This document shows positions 62,335 to 64,000 of a DNA stretch of 64,000 nucleotides, piece by piece (positions within the stretch are counted from its first letter, which is position 1; the number at the start of each line of letters is the position of its first letter). The DNA comes from the human T2T-CHM13v2.0 reference genome, Homo sapiens: the NCBI RefSeq assembly GCF_009914755.1, contig NC_060941.1. One strand, written 5' to 3'. Position numbers and translations under genes: made by a program. The notes below the pieces were generated by a model that saw nothing but the letters and a program-made list of their open reading frames with translations, ran no database searches and was not told the origin of the DNA.

Positions 62335-62530
62335 TAGTAACTACCACTTATTGAGTGTCCAGCACTGATTCAAGGGAGTTCTTGACAAATATCTCATTTA
62401 ATCTTCATAAAGCTCCCTTAAAGAAAGGGTAAACATTACTATTCCCATTTTACAGATGAGAAAACTGAGTTTAGAGAGGCTAGGTAATTTGCCCAAGTTG
62501 CTAAGCTGAAATTTGAACCCAGGTTTTTTA
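62335..62530 (-). mobile_element. MIR
   Basis: cccattttacagatgagaaaactgag...atttgaacccagg. Confidence 0.8.
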
Positions 62531-62964
62531 ACTTATTTCATCACTCAACCAATGTTAATATTTGCGGGAGCCAGGTGCTGTTCTAGGTGCTGAGGACAGC
62601 AGTGAGCAAGGCAACCAGGTTCCTGCCCTCATGGGGCTTCCATTCCAGCAGGAGGATGCAGGGAGTAAACAAGTAAACAAATGACAATCATCATCTCAAG
62701 TATGACAAGTGTTATGAAGACAATAGAAGTGGGACTTATGATTGAGAATGCCTGAGAGGCCTCCATTCCTTAGCAATACAATGGACTGGACACCCTGCAG
62801 ACAACCTTCCAATACAAAACACCTAGAAATGCCGGGTAAAAAAATATAACAAACATCTTACCACAGGTACAGTCAAGTGGCAAAAAATTGAGGGAAATCT
62901 CCAGGAGTCAAAACAAAGAAGACTGCTCCTGTCTTCACCTGGACTCGAGTGAAAATGAAAAAGC

Positions 62965-63300
62965 CACCAGGCGTGGTGGCAAGTGCCTGTAGTTCCAGAT
63001 ACTGCGGAGGCTGAGGTGGGAGGATCTCTCTCTCTTTTCATTAAAAAAAAAAATTGTAGAGATGGGGTCTCACTATGTTTCCCAGACTAGTCTGCAACTC
63101 CTGGACTTAAGCAATCTTCCTACCTTGGCCTCCCTAAGCAGTCTTCCTACCTTGGCCTGCCAAAGTGTTGAGATTACAAGCGTGAACCACTGTGCCTGGC
63201 CAGGAGGGTCTTTTGATCCCAGGTCAAGGCTGCAGTGAGTTATGATCGCACCACTGCACTCCAGCTTGGATGACACAGCAAGACCACATCTCTAAAATGA
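62965..63300 (+). mobile_element. FRAM (+) interrupted by antisense FLAM (63030-63200)
   Basis: Right-arm halves flank an inverted left monomer; TSD ggaggatctc/ggagggtctt. Confidence 0.75.
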
Positions 63301-63320
63301 AATTTTTTTAAAGAAAATGT

Positions 63321-64000
<680 letters not shown>

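Overview
Human non-coding genomic DNA. A full-length AluYa5 at 15323 indicates the species, but the locus cannot be named from sequence alone. I found no credible protein-coding exon, tRNA, rRNA or CRISPR array. The listed ORFs are Alu-, L1- or microsatellite-derived, or chance GC-rich frames. The window has three zones. (1) 1-36.3 kb is a dense, nested transposon graveyard (Alu, L1, MIR, L2, ERVL/MaLR LTRs, MER2) with one unique, motif-rich block at about 20.7-21.9 kb. (2) 36.3-56.5 kb is GC-rich and Alu/L1-poor. It holds an apparently orphan CpG island (about 37.1-37.85 kb) and several short AT-rich blocks packed with homeodomain, TALE, bHLH, FOX and TCF motifs (38.5, 43.3, 47.4, 49.6, 56.3 kb). 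By inference this looks like a long-range enhancer cluster of a developmental gene. (3) 56.5-64 kb is repeat-dense again. Smaller oddities include a young AluYa5 reusing an older Alu's target site, two fold-back mutations in one Alu, a twin-primed L1 carrying an Alu-matching patch, an Alu with a G-rich tail, and a possible ancient local duplication. Repeat subfamily calls come from recalled consensus sequences and boundaries are approximate.
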